The notes below the pieces were generated by a model. It saw only the letters and a list, made by a program, of their open reading frames with translations, made no database searches and had not been told where the DNA came from. This document shows, in pieces, positions 13,075-22,911 of a stretch of 44,402 nt of DNA (position 1 is its first letter; each line of letters opens with the position of its first letter). The position numbers and the translations under genes are program-made. This DNA comes from Mycobacteriales bacterium (GTDB lineage Bacteria; Actinomycetota; Actinomycetes; JAFAQI01), in NCBI GenBank assembly GCA_036269855.1, contig DATBDO010000017.1, positions 1 through 44,402 of the forward strand. Direction: 5' to 3'.

Positions 13075-14178
13075 CTAGACGTAGCGCTCGAGGATTGAGC
13101 TTTCGGCGAGACGGCTGAGTCCTTCGCGCACTGACCGGGCGCGGGTCTCGCCGACGCCCTCGACCGCCTGCAGGTCGTCGATGCCGGCAGCCAGCAGCTT
13201 CTGTAGCGAGCCGAAGTGCTCGACCAGACGCTCGATGACGGTGCCGGGCAATCGGGGAACGCGCGCCAGCAGCCGGTAGCCACGCGGTGACACCGCCGAG
13301 TCGAGCACGTCAACCGAGGTGCCGAACCCGCTCACGCGCGCGATGACCGCGAGGTCGAGAAGATCGGCCGACGACAGCGTGTCGAGCTCGGCAAGAACGT
13401 CGGTGACCTTGCGGGCGCGGCGGCCCGACCCCGGCGGCATGTAGTCGCGGACAACCAGATCGCGCTCTTGTTCGACGCCGGCCATGAGCTCGTCGAGTTG
13501 CAACGACAGCAGCCGCCCGTCGGTGCCGAGCTCGACCACATAGCCCTCGATCTCGGACGCGATCCGGCGCACCATCTCGAGCCGCTGGCTGACAGCGACC
13601 GTGTCGCGCACGGTGACCAGGTCTTCGATCTCGAGCGCCGACAACGTCCCGCTGACCTCGTCGAGGCGCAGCTTGTAGCGCTCGAGCGTGGCGAGGGCCT
13701 GGTTGGCCCGCGACAGGATCGCGGCCGAGTCGTCGAGGACGTAGCGACGGCTGTCGACGTACAACGCGATGATGCGCATCGACTGGCTGACGCTGATGAT
13801 CGGATAGCCGGTCTGCTTCGCCACCCGCTCCGCGGTCCGGTGCCGGGTGCCCGACTCTTCGGTCGGGATCGACGGATCCGGCACGAGATGGGTGGCCGCT
13901 CGGACGATCCGGCCATAGGTGTCGTCCAACACGACGGCGCCGTCCATCTTGGCCAGCTCGCGCAGTCGGGTCGCGGAGAACTCGACGTCGAGCGGGAATC
14001 CGCCGGTGCACAGCGACTCGACCGTCTTGTCGTGCCCGAGCACCACGAGCCCGCCGGTGTTGCCGCGGAGGATGCGTTCGAGCCCGTCGCGCAGCGCAGT
14101 GCCAGGGGCGACTGCGGCGAGTGTCGCGCGCATGAGGTCGCCGTCTGGGCGGTCGGTGGGAGACACCGGACTCCTCAT
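13075..14178 (-). CDS. disA: DNA integrity scanning protein DisA (diadenylate cyclase)
   Basis: 367 aa. [19 protein letters not shown]-domain DGA (KMDGAVVLD) and RHR ([10 protein letters not shown]) motifs. C-terminal HhH ([19 protein letters not shown]). Confidence 0.95.
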   Translation of the reverse strand: MRSPVSPTDRPDGDLMRATLAAVAPGTALRDGLERILRGNTGGLVVLGHDKTVESLCTGGFPLDVEFSATRLRELAKMDGAVVLDDTYGRIVRAATHLVPDPSIPTEESGTRHRTAERVAKQTGYPIISVSQSMRIIALYVDSRRYVLDDSAAILSRANQALATLERYKLRLDEVSGTLSALEIEDLVTVRDTVAVSQRLEMVRRIASEIEGYVVELGTDGRLLSLQLDELMAGVEQERDLVVRDYMPPGSGRRARKVTDVLAELDTLSSADLLDLAVIARVSGFGTSVDVLDSAVSPRGYRLLARVPRLPGTVIERLVEHFGSLQKLLAAGIDDLQAVEGVGETRARSVREGLSRLAESSILERYV

Positions 14179-14215
14179 CGCGCGGCGGATGCGACCTGAA
14201 GCCGGATTCTAACTG

Positions 14216-15619
14216 TCAGCGAACGACTTCGAGCCGTACGGCGTTGGTCGGTCTCGGAGTTGATACCGAATTGTTGAGCACCATCAGCGCGGCATCGAGG
14301 TCGGCAACCTCGATCAGCCGCATCCCCTCGATCGTCGCGGACGTGCCCACCGGGACCAGTGCACGACGGAAGCCGAGGCGGGTCGCCTCCTGCAGTCGCG
14401 CGACCATGGCGCCCACCGGCCGGATCTCGCCGGACAGGCTGACCTCGCCGATGGCGACGAGGTCGCCGGGCAGAGGACGGTCACGCGCGGCGCCGGCAAC
14501 GGCAAGTGCGATGGCGAGGTCTGCAGCCGGCTCGACCAGCCGAACACCCCCGACGGTCGAGGCGTAGACCTCGCGGCTGCCGAGTGGCAGCTGTCCACGT
14601 CGCTCCACAACGGCGAGCACCATCGCGACGCGGGCGGCGTCGAGACCACTGGTTGCTCGCCGAGGCGTCGGTGTGTTCGTGGCGGCGACGAGCGCCTGCA
14701 CCTCGGTGACGAGCGCTCGTCGACCTTCCATCGCCACCGTGACGCACGTGCCGGGAACCGGATCACTCACCCGGGACAGGAACAGCCCGGACGGGTCGGG
14801 GAGACCGACGATGCCGCCGTCGGTGAGATCGAAGCAGCCGACCTCGTCGGCCGGTCCGTAGCGGTTCTTGACGGTGCGCACGAGCCGCAGTCGCGAATGC
14901 CGGTCGCCTTCGAAGTGCAGCACGACGTCGACAAGGTGCTCGAGGACGCGCGGGCCTGCGATCGACCCTTCCTTCGTGACGTGACCGACCAGTACGGTGG
15001 CGATGCCGCGCTCCTTGGCAACGCGGGTGAGCACCGCGGCCACCTCGCGCACCTGCGCCACGCCGCCCGAGGTGCCATCGACCGTCGTGGTGCCGATCGT
15101 CTGCACCGAGTCGACGACGAGCACCTCGGGATGGACCGCGTCGAGGTGACCGAGAACGGCAGCGAGGTCGGTCTCGGCGGCGAGGTAGAGCTCGTCGGCG
15201 AGTGCATCGATGCGCCCGGCTCGCAGCCGGACCTGGGCCGCGGACTCCTCACCGGTGACAACCAGGCAACGGCGGCCGCCCTGCGCGATCCTCGCGGCGG
15301 CAGTGACCAGCAACGTGGACTTGCCGACGCCGGGCTCGCCGGCGAGGAGCACGACCGAGCCGGGCACCAGGCCACCGCCGAGCACCCGGTCGAGCTCGGG
15401 CATGCCCGTCGGGCGGTGGGTCGCGCCGTCGGCCGGCACCTCGCTGATCGGCCGCGCGGGCGCGGACACGGGTCCGGCCGCGACACCCGCGCCGCGGGGG
15501 GCGCCGACCTCACCGATCGTCCCCCAGGCCTGACACTCCGGGCACCGGCCGACCCACTTGCCGACCTCGAGGCCGCACTCGTCGCAACGAAAAGCTGGAC
15601 GAGCCGCCGCCTTGACCAT
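14216..15619 (-). CDS. radA: DNA repair protein RadA/Sms
   Basis: 467 aa. N-terminal zinc finger CDECG..CPECQAWG, Walker A GEPGVGKSTLL, KNRYGP motif, Lon-protease-like C-terminal domain. 37 nt upstream of disA. Confidence 0.95.
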   Translation of the reverse strand: MVKAAARPAFRCDECGLEVGKWVGRCPECQAWGTIGEVGAPRGAGVAAGPVSAPARPISEVPADGATHRPTGMPELDRVLGGGLVPGSVVLLAGEPGVGKSTLLVTAAARIAQGGRRCLVVTGEESAAQVRLRAGRIDALADELYLAAETDLAAVLGHLDAVHPEVLVVDSVQTIGTTTVDGTSGGVAQVREVAAVLTRVAKERGIATVLVGHVTKEGSIAGPRVLEHLVDVVLHFEGDRHSRLRLVRTVKNRYGPADEVGCFDLTDGGIVGLPDPSGLFLSRVSDPVPGTCVTVAMEGRRALVTEVQALVAATNTPTPRRATSGLDAARVAMVLAVVERRGQLPLGSREVYASTVGGVRLVEPAADLAIALAVAGAARDRPLPGDLVAIGEVSLSGEIRPVGAMVARLQEATRLGFRRALVPVGTSATIEGMRLIEVADLDAALMVLNNSVSTPRPTNAVRLEVVR

Positions 15620-15665
15620 GCGAGGACGGTACGGCGCCGGACCGACAGTTCTTCGTACCGCCGCG

Positions 15666-16403
15666 CTAGTCAGCAGGATGGGGTGCGAGGCGTGGACCGG
15701 CGAGAGCCTGCTCGCACAGGCCGACGAGGACGTCGTAGGCCAGCTGGCCCATCAACTCGATGAGCTCCGGTCCGTAGGTCTTGTAGAGCGGATCGGGGGC
15801 GACGTGCGCCTCGGTGGCGCCGGTGCACCACCACTTCAAGTCGTGCCCGCCGGTGCCCCAGCCGCGCCGGTCATACTCACCGATCGTGGTGACCAGCACC
15901 TTGGTGTCGTCCGGTCGCTTCTCCCACTCGTAGGTACGACGGACCGGCAGCTGCCAACACACGTCGGGCTTGGTCTCGAGCGGGTGCAGCCCGACGTTGA
16001 GCGCGTGCAGGTGCAGCGCGCAGCCTTGACCGGCGGCGAAGCCCGGCCGGTTGAGGAAAATGCATGCGCCATTGAGCCGTCGGGTCCGCCGCTTACCGTC
16101 CTCAACCTCGGAGAAGCCGCCCTTCAGCCCCTGCTTGCGGTATTGCCACTCGTCCTCGGTCAGCTGCCGGGCGAACTTCTCCACGCGCTTCTCGTCGGCC
16201 TTCTCGCTGTAGTAGGCGCCATGTGAGCAGCAGCCGTCGTCGGGACGGTTCTTGACGATGCCGTGGCAGCCGGAGCCGAAGATGCAGGTCCAGCTCGACA
16301 GCAACCAGGTGAGGTCGCAGCGGAAGACCTCCTCGTCGTCATCGGGGTTGATGAACTCCACCCATTGACGCGGGAAATCTAGAGCGACCTCTGGCACGCG
16401 CAC
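15666..16403 (-). CDS. Conserved Cys/His-rich hypothetical protein (family not assigned)
   Basis: 245 aa, GTG start. [10 protein letters not shown]...[11 protein letters not shown]...GACIFLN...GCALHLHAL...CWQLP. High third-position GC. 46 nt upstream of radA on the same strand. Confidence 0.7.
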   Translation of the reverse strand: MRVPEVALDFPRQWVEFINPDDDEEVFRCDLTWLLSSWTCIFGSGCHGIVKNRPDDGCCSHGAYYSEKADEKRVEKFARQLTEDEWQYRKQGLKGGFSEVEDGKRRTRRLNGACIFLNRPGFAAGQGCALHLHALNVGLHPLETKPDVCWQLPVRRTYEWEKRPDDTKVLVTTIGEYDRRGWGTGGHDLKWWCTGATEAHVAPDPLYKTYGPELIELMGQLAYDVLVGLCEQALAGPRLAPHPAD

Positions 16404-16440
16404 ACTCTATGCGCGCGGCCCGGTGAGGGAGACTGATGAC

Positions 16441-17271
16441 GTGGCCGTGGTGAAGGTTCCGGAGGCGAAAGTCGCCCTTTCGACGGCTTCCGTATACCCG
16501 GAGTCCACCGCGGCCGCTTTCGAGATCGCCGCAAGCCTGGGCTATGACGGCGTCGAGGTCATGGTCTGGACCGACCCGGTCAGCCAGGACGTCGAGGCAC
16601 TCAAGCGGCTGTCGGACTACCACGGGGTGCCAATTCTCGCCGTGCATGCACCCTGCTTGATCATCACGCAGCGGGTCTGGGGGACCGACCCGTGGGCGAA
16701 GCTCGTTCGCGCCCGCAATGCGGCGGACAGCCTCGGTGCCGGCGTTGTCGTCGTCCACCCACCGTTTCGCTGGCAGCGCGACTACGCGCGTGACTTTCTC
16801 GCCGGCATCATGCGGATGTCGGACGAGACCGCCGTCCGGTTCGCGGTGGAAAACATGTTTCCGTTGCGGGCGCGGGGCCGGGCAGTCACGCCTTATGCGC
16901 CCGACTGGGACCCGACCGAGGAGGACTTCCCGGACTTCACCATCGACCTGTCCCACACATCGGTGTCGCAGTCGGACGCGATGGATATGGCGCAGCGCAT
17001 GGACCGACGACTGACCCATGTCCACATCGCCGACGGCATCGGCGGTCCGCGGGACGAGCACCTCGTGCCCGGGCGGGGGGATCAGCCTTGCGCGGATCTG
17101 CTCGAGGCGCTCGCAGCCAACAGCTTCGACGGGACGATCGTCGTGGAGGTCAACACCCGGCGGGCTGAGAGCCGAGCTGACCGTGAGGCCGACCTGGCCG
17201 AAGCGTTGGCGTTCACCCGGCTGCACTTCGTCGCGGCCGCCGACTTCATCGCCGGACCGGGGCCGAACTGA
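16441..17271 (+). CDS. Sugar phosphate isomerase/epimerase (xylose isomerase-like TIM barrel) family protein
   Basis: Track ORF starts at GTG 16423. GAGGGAG at 16425-16431 favours GTG 16441 or 16447. [10 protein letters not shown]...[11 protein letters not shown]...LAVHAPC...VVVHPPF...VENM...HIADG pattern. Confidence 0.8.
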   Translation: MAVVKVPEAKVALSTASVYPESTAAAFEIAASLGYDGVEVMVWTDPVSQDVEALKRLSDYHGVPILAVHAPCLIITQRVWGTDPWAKLVRARNAADSLGAGVVVVHPPFRWQRDYARDFLAGIMRMSDETAVRFAVENMFPLRARGRAVTPYAPDWDPTEEDFPDFTIDLSHTSVSQSDAMDMAQRMDRRLTHVHIADGIGGPRDEHLVPGRGDQPCADLLEALAANSFDGTIVVEVNTRRAESRADREADLAEALAFTRLHFVAAADFIAGPGPN

Positions 17272-18197
17272 TGGATCCGTTGCGCGCCGCCCTCTTGACC
17301 GCCTCGCGCAATCACGCCGTTCGCCGAATCGTCGAGAACGCACCGGTGTCGCGCACCGTCGTACGACGCTTTGTCGCGGGCACCGACGTCGAGGACGCCG
17401 TACGCGTCACCGCTGACCTCGTCGGCGCCGGTCTCACGGTGAGCCTCGACCGCCTCGGCGAGGACACCACCGAGGTCGGACATGCGGAGGCGACAACCAA
17501 GGCCTACCTCACCCTGCTGCGCCGCCTGTCGGAGCAAGGTCTGTCGGCGCGCGCGGAGGTGTCGGTCAAGCTCTCTGCCGTCGGCCAGGCTCTCGACGGG
17601 TCGATGGCCCTCGACAATGTCCGATCGATCTGCGCTGCGGCGGCATCGGCCGGTACGACGGTGACCCTCGACATGGAGGACCACACCACCACCGACTCGA
17701 CGTTGGGGATCCTGCGCGAGCTTCGCGTCGAGTTCCCGACCGTCGGCGCCGTACTGCAGGCCTATTTGCGTCGTACCGAAGCCGACTGCCGCGACCTCGC
17801 AGTTGCGGGCTCTCGGGTGCGGCTCTGCAAGGGCGCCTATCGGGAACCCGAGAGCGTCGCCTACCAGTCCCGGCTGGACGTGGACAGGTCGTACGTGCGC
17901 TGCCTGCGCATCCTCATGACCGGACCGGGCTATCCCATGGTCGCGACGCACGACCCGCGGCTGATGCGCATCGCGATGATGCTGATTCAGCGCACCGCTC
18001 GGTCGCAGGGCAGCTATGAGTTCCAGATGCTCTACGGGATCCGCCCCAACGAGCAGCGCCGGCTCGCGTCGGAAGGCGAGACGGTGCGGGTCTACGTGCC
18101 CTACGGCTACGAGTGGTACGGCTACCTCATGCGGCGGCTGGCCGAGCGCCCCGCCAACGTGGCCTTCTTCCTTCGCTCGCTCGCCACCAAGTCCTGA
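17271..18197 (+). CDS. Proline dehydrogenase (monofunctional PutA-like)
   Basis: 308 aa. Its ATG shares one nt with the upstream stop (TGATG). LTVSLDRLGE, TLDMEDHTTTDSTL, LQAYLRRTE, VRLCKGAY and ATHD motifs of the PRODH barrel. Confidence 0.88.
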   Translation: MDPLRAALLTASRNHAVRRIVENAPVSRTVVRRFVAGTDVEDAVRVTADLVGAGLTVSLDRLGEDTTEVGHAEATTKAYLTLLRRLSEQGLSARAEVSVKLSAVGQALDGSMALDNVRSICAAAASAGTTVTLDMEDHTTTDSTLGILRELRVEFPTVGAVLQAYLRRTEADCRDLAVAGSRVRLCKGAYREPESVAYQSRLDVDRSYVRCLRILMTGPGYPMVATHDPRLMRIAMMLIQRTARSQGSYEFQMLYGIRPNEQRRLASEGETVRVYVPYGYEWYGYLMRRLAERPANVAFFLRSLATKS

Positions 18198-18223
18198 CCG
18201 CCACGGCGTGGGACCATCTCCCT

Positions 18224-19033
18224 ATGGGAGAGAAGGTCGCGATCCTCGGCGCGGGCAAGATGGGCGAAGCGCTGCTGTCCGGCTTGCTCCGCGCCGGCCG
18301 TCAGCCCGGAGACCTCGTCTTCACCGAGCGGCACGCCGAGCGGACCAAGCTGCTGGAGGAGCGCTACGCGATCCGCGGCGTGAGCACGCTCCAAGCCGCG
18401 GAGGAGGCCGACACACTCCTCGTTGCGGTCAAGCCGCAGGAGATGTCGGCGCTGCTCGACGAGCTCGCCGGGGCGGCGTCACCGACCAACCTCGTCATCA
18501 CCATTGCCGCCGGCATCCCGACCACGTTCCTCGAGGCCCGGCTCGCGGCCGGGACGCCTGTTGTCCGCGTCATGAGCAACACACCCGTTTTCGTCGACCA
18601 GGCGATGAGCGCCATCTCGCCGGGCGCACACGCGACCGAGGAGCATCTCGCCCGCACCGAGGAGCTGCTGCGTCCGGTCGGCAAGGTGATCCGGGTGCCG
18701 GAGGCGCAGCTGGACGCGGTCACCGCACTGTCCGGCAGCGGTCCGGCCTACTTCTTCTATCTCGTCGAGGCCATGATCGACGCCGGCATCCTGCTCGGGC
18801 TGCCGCGCGCGGTCGCGGCAGAGTTGATCGTGCAGACAGCGGTCGGGTCGGCGCAGATGCTGCGAGACAGCGGCGAGCATCCGGTCCAGCTGCGTGAGGC
18901 GGTCACGAGCCCGGGCGGTACGACGATCGCCGCGATCCGCGAGCTCGAGAACCACGGCGTCCGAGCCGCGCTGCTTGCCGCCCTCGAGGCGGCGCGGGAC
19001 CGCTCCCGGGAGCTTGCCCAGGGCGTCGGCTGA
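18224..19033 (+). CDS. proC: Pyrroline-5-carboxylate reductase
   Basis: Track ORF 18113..19033 trimmed to ATG 18224 (MGEKVAILGAGKMGEALLSGLL, Rossmann). C-terminal TSPGGTTIAAIRELE motif. Confidence 0.93.
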   Translation: MGEKVAILGAGKMGEALLSGLLRAGRQPGDLVFTERHAERTKLLEERYAIRGVSTLQAAEEADTLLVAVKPQEMSALLDELAGAASPTNLVITIAAGIPTTFLEARLAAGTPVVRVMSNTPVFVDQAMSAISPGAHATEEHLARTEELLRPVGKVIRVPEAQLDAVTALSGSGPAYFFYLVEAMIDAGILLGLPRAVAAELIVQTAVGSAQMLRDSGEHPVQLREAVTSPGGTTIAAIRELENHGVRAALLAALEAARDRSRELAQGVG

Positions 19034-19095
19034 ACCGTTCGCGTTCGCCGAACGTTGTGCGGGGTGAGGTCCCCGACGCGAAGGGCTGATTGGTG

Positions 19096-19536
19096 ATGCG
19101 CAGGTCTCGACAGGTCGTGGTGGCGGCGTGCGGCATGACACTGGCGGCGGCAACGAGCGTCCCTGTCCTGGCCCAGTCACATGCGCGAACGCAGCCGGGC
19201 GCGACGAGACCCGCCGTGAAGATCCAGGCGGACAACTTCCGGTTCTGCAAGGCGAGCGCGTCCTCGTGCAGCACGACCGACGACACCAACTTCAGGGCCC
19301 ACGCGTTCACCGGGCAGAAGATCAAGTGGATCTATCGAGACACCGCCTGCGACACGACGTATCTCTGCCCGGGCCACAACGTGACGTTCAAGCATCGGCA
19401 CAGCAATGGCGACACGATGACGCAGGGTGCGGTCATCTACACGACCGTCTTCAACAATCCCGGCACCTATCACTACTGGTGCACGCACCACCAGAACCAG
19501 GGCATGACCGGCCGCATCGTTGTCACCAGCGGTTGA
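19096..19536 (+). CDS. Secreted cupredoxin (type 1 blue copper, plastocyanin/azurin-like)
   Basis: Signal peptide (MRRSRQVVVAACGMTLAAATSVPVLAQS). Copper ligands in canonical spacing: His in PGHNV, then C-x2-H-x4-M in YWCTHHQNQGM. Four further Cys (FCKASASSC, ACDTTYLC). The track start TTG 19090 is followed by GTG and ATG 19096. Confidence 0.8.
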   Translation: MRRSRQVVVAACGMTLAAATSVPVLAQSHARTQPGATRPAVKIQADNFRFCKASASSCSTTDDTNFRAHAFTGQKIKWIYRDTACDTTYLCPGHNVTFKHRHSNGDTMTQGAVIYTTVFNNPGTYHYWCTHHQNQGMTGRIVVTSG

Positions 19537-19548
19537 CACTATGGCCGG

Positions 19549-20724
19549 GTGAGCCGGTCGTTGGGAGTTGCCTGGGACGAGCGGCTCATCGGCTACGACT
19601 TCGGCCCGGGTCATCCGCTCGCTCCCATCCGCGTCGACCTCACGATCGCCCTCGCGCGCTCATTCGGTCTGCTCGACCGCCCGGACGTAACCGTCCTTCC
19701 GGTTGAGCCGGCTACTGACGCGGAGCTCACGCTGGTGCACGAGCCCGACTACATCGAGGCCGTGCGACGAGCCGGCGACACGATGGTGCCGGATCCGACG
19801 CACGGCCTCGGCACGATGGACGATCCGCTGTTTCCGAGCATGCACGAAGCGACCTCGCTCGTGGCCGGTGCGACGCTCGCCGCGGTTCGGGCCGTCTTTG
19901 AGGGACGGCACGAGCACGCGGTCAATGTCGCCGGCGGTCTGCACCACGCGATGGCCAACGCAGCATCCGGGTTCTGCATCTACAACGACCCCGCGATCGC
20001 CATCGCCTGGCTGTTGCAGCAGGGCGTCGAGCGCATCGCCTACATCGACATCGACGTGCACCATGGCGACGGCGTGCAAGCCGCGTTCTGGAACGATCCC
20101 CGTGTGCTGACGGTGAGCCTGCACGAGTCAGGTCGCACGCTGTTTCCCGGCACAGGCTTCCCCGACGAGATCGGCGGGCCGGACGCCGAGGGATTTGCCG
20201 TCAACGTCGCGTTGCCTGCGGGAACCGGCGACGACGGTTGGTTGCGCGCGCTGCATGCCGTTGCGCTCCCACTCGTACGACGCTTCTCCCCCGACTACCT
20301 CGTCACGCAACACGGCTGCGACTCGCACGCCCTCGATCCGTTGGCAAATCTGCTCGTTTCGGTCGATGGCCAGCGACGTGCGCACGCCGCGTTGCACGCA
20401 CTGGCCCACGAAGTCTGCGACGGCCGCTGGCTCGCGACCGGTGGTGGTGGCTACGAGCTGGTCCGCGTCGTACCACGGACCTGGACGCACCTCCTCGCGG
20501 AAGCAGCCGGCACCCCGATCGAGCCCGACACGGACACACCGCAGGAGTGGCGCGACCTGGTGCTGGCGAAGGCGGGCGTGCACGCGCCGGTCCGGATGAC
20601 CGACGGCCGGCCGGCCGAGTTCACGCCTTGGACGTCGGCGGGATCCGACGGTGTCGACACGGCGATCGCAGCGACGCGTGTTGCGGTGTTCCCCCGGCAC
20701 GGATTGGATCCCCAGGAATCATGA
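19549..20724 (+). CDS. Histone deacetylase-family protein (acetoin utilization AcuC-like)
   Basis: 391 aa, GTG start. GPGHPL, GGLHHA, FCIYND and DIDVHHGDGVQ active-site motifs of the arginase/deacetylase fold. Confidence 0.9.
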   Translation: MSRSLGVAWDERLIGYDFGPGHPLAPIRVDLTIALARSFGLLDRPDVTVLPVEPATDAELTLVHEPDYIEAVRRAGDTMVPDPTHGLGTMDDPLFPSMHEATSLVAGATLAAVRAVFEGRHEHAVNVAGGLHHAMANAASGFCIYNDPAIAIAWLLQQGVERIAYIDIDVHHGDGVQAAFWNDPRVLTVSLHESGRTLFPGTGFPDEIGGPDAEGFAVNVALPAGTGDDGWLRALHAVALPLVRRFSPDYLVTQHGCDSHALDPLANLLVSVDGQRRAHAALHALAHEVCDGRWLATGGGGYELVRVVPRTWTHLLAEAAGTPIEPDTDTPQEWRDLVLAKAGVHAPVRMTDGRPAEFTPWTSAGSDGVDTAIAATRVAVFPRHGLDPQES

Positions 20725-21524
20725 CAAGGATTCCGACTCGCGACGAGCTGCGTGAACACCTCGTCCGGCATCGCATCGCCGGTCCCGTGGACACGCCACG
20801 GGCGAGCAACGTCGGCAACGTGCGCAAGATGCTCGCGCAGGATCCGGACTACTGGTTCGGCGTGGAGCTCGATCGTGAGTGGACCTACGAAGACGTAGTC
20901 GCGACGATGGCGGAGTGCGTGGGCCTGGACCCCGACCCGGCCCGCGAGTCCGGTAGTGACGTCATCGACCCCGACCTCTGCCTCGACGCGCTGGACGCGG
21001 TGGCCGACCGGCTGGCTCGTGTCGCCGCCGACCGCGGCCCGGTGCTGCTGGCGACCGGTCATCCGACCGGTCTGCTCGAGACCTACATGGCCGTGGCGAC
21101 CGCGCTGGCGGCTGTCGGTTGCGTCGTACTCACCCCATCCGCGGAGTCGTGGGTGGCCATCCAGGGCGTGCACCGCCGGATTCGCTACGTCGGCGGGGTC
21201 GCGACGATCGGCACCGGCGGCGACCTTCTGCACACCCACGCGCCCGAGCCGATGGCGCACATCATCGCGGCGCTGGACCGCAGCGGGGACCGGCCGGCGC
21301 TGGTGATCGCCGACCACGGCTGGGCCGGTGCGGCCGGTCAGGCGGGGCTCGCGACGATCGGATTCGCCGACACCAACGACCCGGCCCTGTTCGTCGCGGC
21401 CGCGGAGGGCAAGGTCGAGATCGTCGTGCCGCTGGACGACAACGTGGCTCCGGTCGCCTACGTCCCCTTGACGGCCTACGTCCTGCGTCATTTGACAGCA
21501 TTCGTCCCCACCGCAGCCGGGTAG
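20721..21524 (+). CDS. Conserved actinobacterial protein usually annotated 'phosphatase' (function unverified)
   Basis: Track ORF 20238..21524 trimmed to ATG 20721, which overlaps the upstream stop (ATGA). MTRIPTRDELREHLVRHRIAG...ATGHPTGLL...ADHGWAG. Upstream in-frame residues are Arg/Pro-rich non-coding-like. Confidence 0.7.
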   Translation: MTRIPTRDELREHLVRHRIAGPVDTPRASNVGNVRKMLAQDPDYWFGVELDREWTYEDVVATMAECVGLDPDPARESGSDVIDPDLCLDALDAVADRLARVAADRGPVLLATGHPTGLLETYMAVATALAAVGCVVLTPSAESWVAIQGVHRRIRYVGGVATIGTGGDLLHTHAPEPMAHIIAALDRSGDRPALVIADHGWAGAAGQAGLATIGFADTNDPALFVAAAEGKVEIVVPLDDNVAPVAYVPLTAYVLRHLTAFVPTAAG

Positions 21525-21661
21525 GCCATTCGGATTAATGAAGTTCGCCCCACCTGCCCCGTGACGCGCAGCAGTCACACCGCTACCCTCGGAAGCAGTG
21601 CACGCGTATGCGGTCGCGCCGGTGGGGAAGCCGGCGCCGGCGCGTGAGAAGGCGGTGCAGC

Positions 21662-21877
21662 ATGTCTGCAACGGGCGCCGGGGGCGAACGCCCCCTCGCG
21701 GAGCTGCGGTTCTTGACCGTGGCCGAGGTCGCATCGCTGATGCGCGTGTCCAAGATGACGGTCTACCGGCTGGTGCACGGCGGGACACTGCCTGCCGTCC
21801 GGGTCGGCCGGTCGTTCCGGGTTCCGGAGCAGGCGGTCAACGACTACCTGTCCGGCTCCTACGTCGAGACCGCCTAG
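21662..21877 (+). CDS. Excisionase-family (MerR-like) helix-turn-helix DNA-binding protein (Rv0500A-like)
   Basis: 71 aa from ATG 21662. LTVAEVASLMRVSKMTVYRLVHGGTLPAVRVGRSFRVPEQAV. Sits immediately before the bS22 gene as in mycobacteria. The track start at 21608 adds an Arg-rich tail, judged spurious. Confidence 0.85.
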   Translation: MSATGAGGERPLAELRFLTVAEVASLMRVSKMTVYRLVHGGTLPAVRVGRSFRVPEQAVNDYLSGSYVETA

Positions 21878-21950
21878 CCTCTCGCTCCGCCCTGCCGCGA
21901 TTGCGGGGTAGCCTGGCCGTTCAGACTTCTGGACGTGTCGAGGGGCTCGC

Positions 21951-22049
21951 GTGGGTTCGGTCATCAAGAAGCGCCGTAAGCGGATGGCGAAGAAGAAGCA
22001 TCGCAAGCTGCTGAAGAAGACGCGCGTCCAACGTCGTAACAAGAAGTAG
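21951..22049 (+). CDS. 30S ribosomal protein bS22 (Rv0500B-type, 32 aa)
   Basis: GTG 21951 to TAG 22047-22049 encodes [38 protein letters not shown] is upstream. Not in the ORF track because of its length. The sequence is nearly invariant among actinobacteria (from memory). Confidence 0.9.
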   Translation: MGSVIKKRRKRMAKKKHRKLLKKTRVQRRNKK

Positions 22050-22056
22050 TTCTGTC

Positions 22057-22911
22057 GTGGCTGCCCGCGGCTACGACTGGCTCACGTTCCTGTCCGACTA
22101 CGGGCATGACGACGTGTTCGTCGGGGTCTGCAAGGGCGTCATCGCGAGCGTCGCGCCCAAGGTGCAGATCATCGACGTCTGCCATCTGATCGCGCCGCAG
22201 GACGTCGAGGCGGGCGCCCACGCGCTCGCTGCCGCCGTGCCGTTCATGCCGCGGGCCGTGCACCTGGCAATGGTCGATCCGCAGCACGCCGAGCCGGCGC
22301 GCGGCGTCGCGGTGCGCACCAAGGACGACTCGATCTTCGTAGGCCCGGACAACGGGGTCTTGTCCCACGCCTGGGAGGTCCGCGGCGGGGTCAAGGCCGC
22401 GGCCCAGATCGCCAACGAGGAACTGTGGCTCGACCAGATCCACGCGACCTTCCGCGGCCGCGACGTGTTCGCCCCGGTGGCCGCAAATCTCGCGCTGGGC
22501 CGCCCGCTCGAGGACGTCGGTCCGGCCGTGAAGCCGGCGGACCTCGTCGGCTTGCCGGTCCGCTTGGCGACAGTCGACGACGACCACGTGCACGCCGAGA
22601 TCCGCGCCGTCGACCACTTCGGCAACGTCTCGCTCAACCTGGCCCGCGCCGACCTCGAGGCGGCCGGCATCGTGCTCGGAGACACGGTGGAGCTGCGCTG
22701 CAACGGACGGTCGCTGACCGTCCCGTTCACGCACAGCTTCGGCGAGGTGCCGACCGGCCGGCTGTCGCTCTGCGAGGACTCGTTCCGGGCCATCCAGCTC
22801 GCGGTCAACGCCGGTCGGGCCAACCATGAGCTGCGCGTCAATCGTGGCGACCCGATCGTCATCGCGCGCCTTCCGCAGCAGACAGGCACCCGACCGGCGG
22901 TCACGACGTGA
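22057..22911 (+). CDS. SAM hydrolase / SAM-dependent halogenase family protein (DUF62, S-adenosyl-L-methionine hydroxide adenosyltransferase-like)
   Basis: 284 aa. GTG 22057 lies 7 nt after the bS22 stop. LTFLSDYGHDDVFVGVCKGVI, GPDNGVL and FRGRDVFAPVAA motifs. Confidence 0.85.
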   Translation: MAARGYDWLTFLSDYGHDDVFVGVCKGVIASVAPKVQIIDVCHLIAPQDVEAGAHALAAAVPFMPRAVHLAMVDPQHAEPARGVAVRTKDDSIFVGPDNGVLSHAWEVRGGVKAAAQIANEELWLDQIHATFRGRDVFAPVAANLALGRPLEDVGPAVKPADLVGLPVRLATVDDDHVHAEIRAVDHFGNVSLNLARADLEAAGIVLGDTVELRCNGRSLTVPFTHSFGEVPTGRLSLCEDSFRAIQLAVNAGRANHELRVNRGDPIVIARLPQQTGTRPAVTT

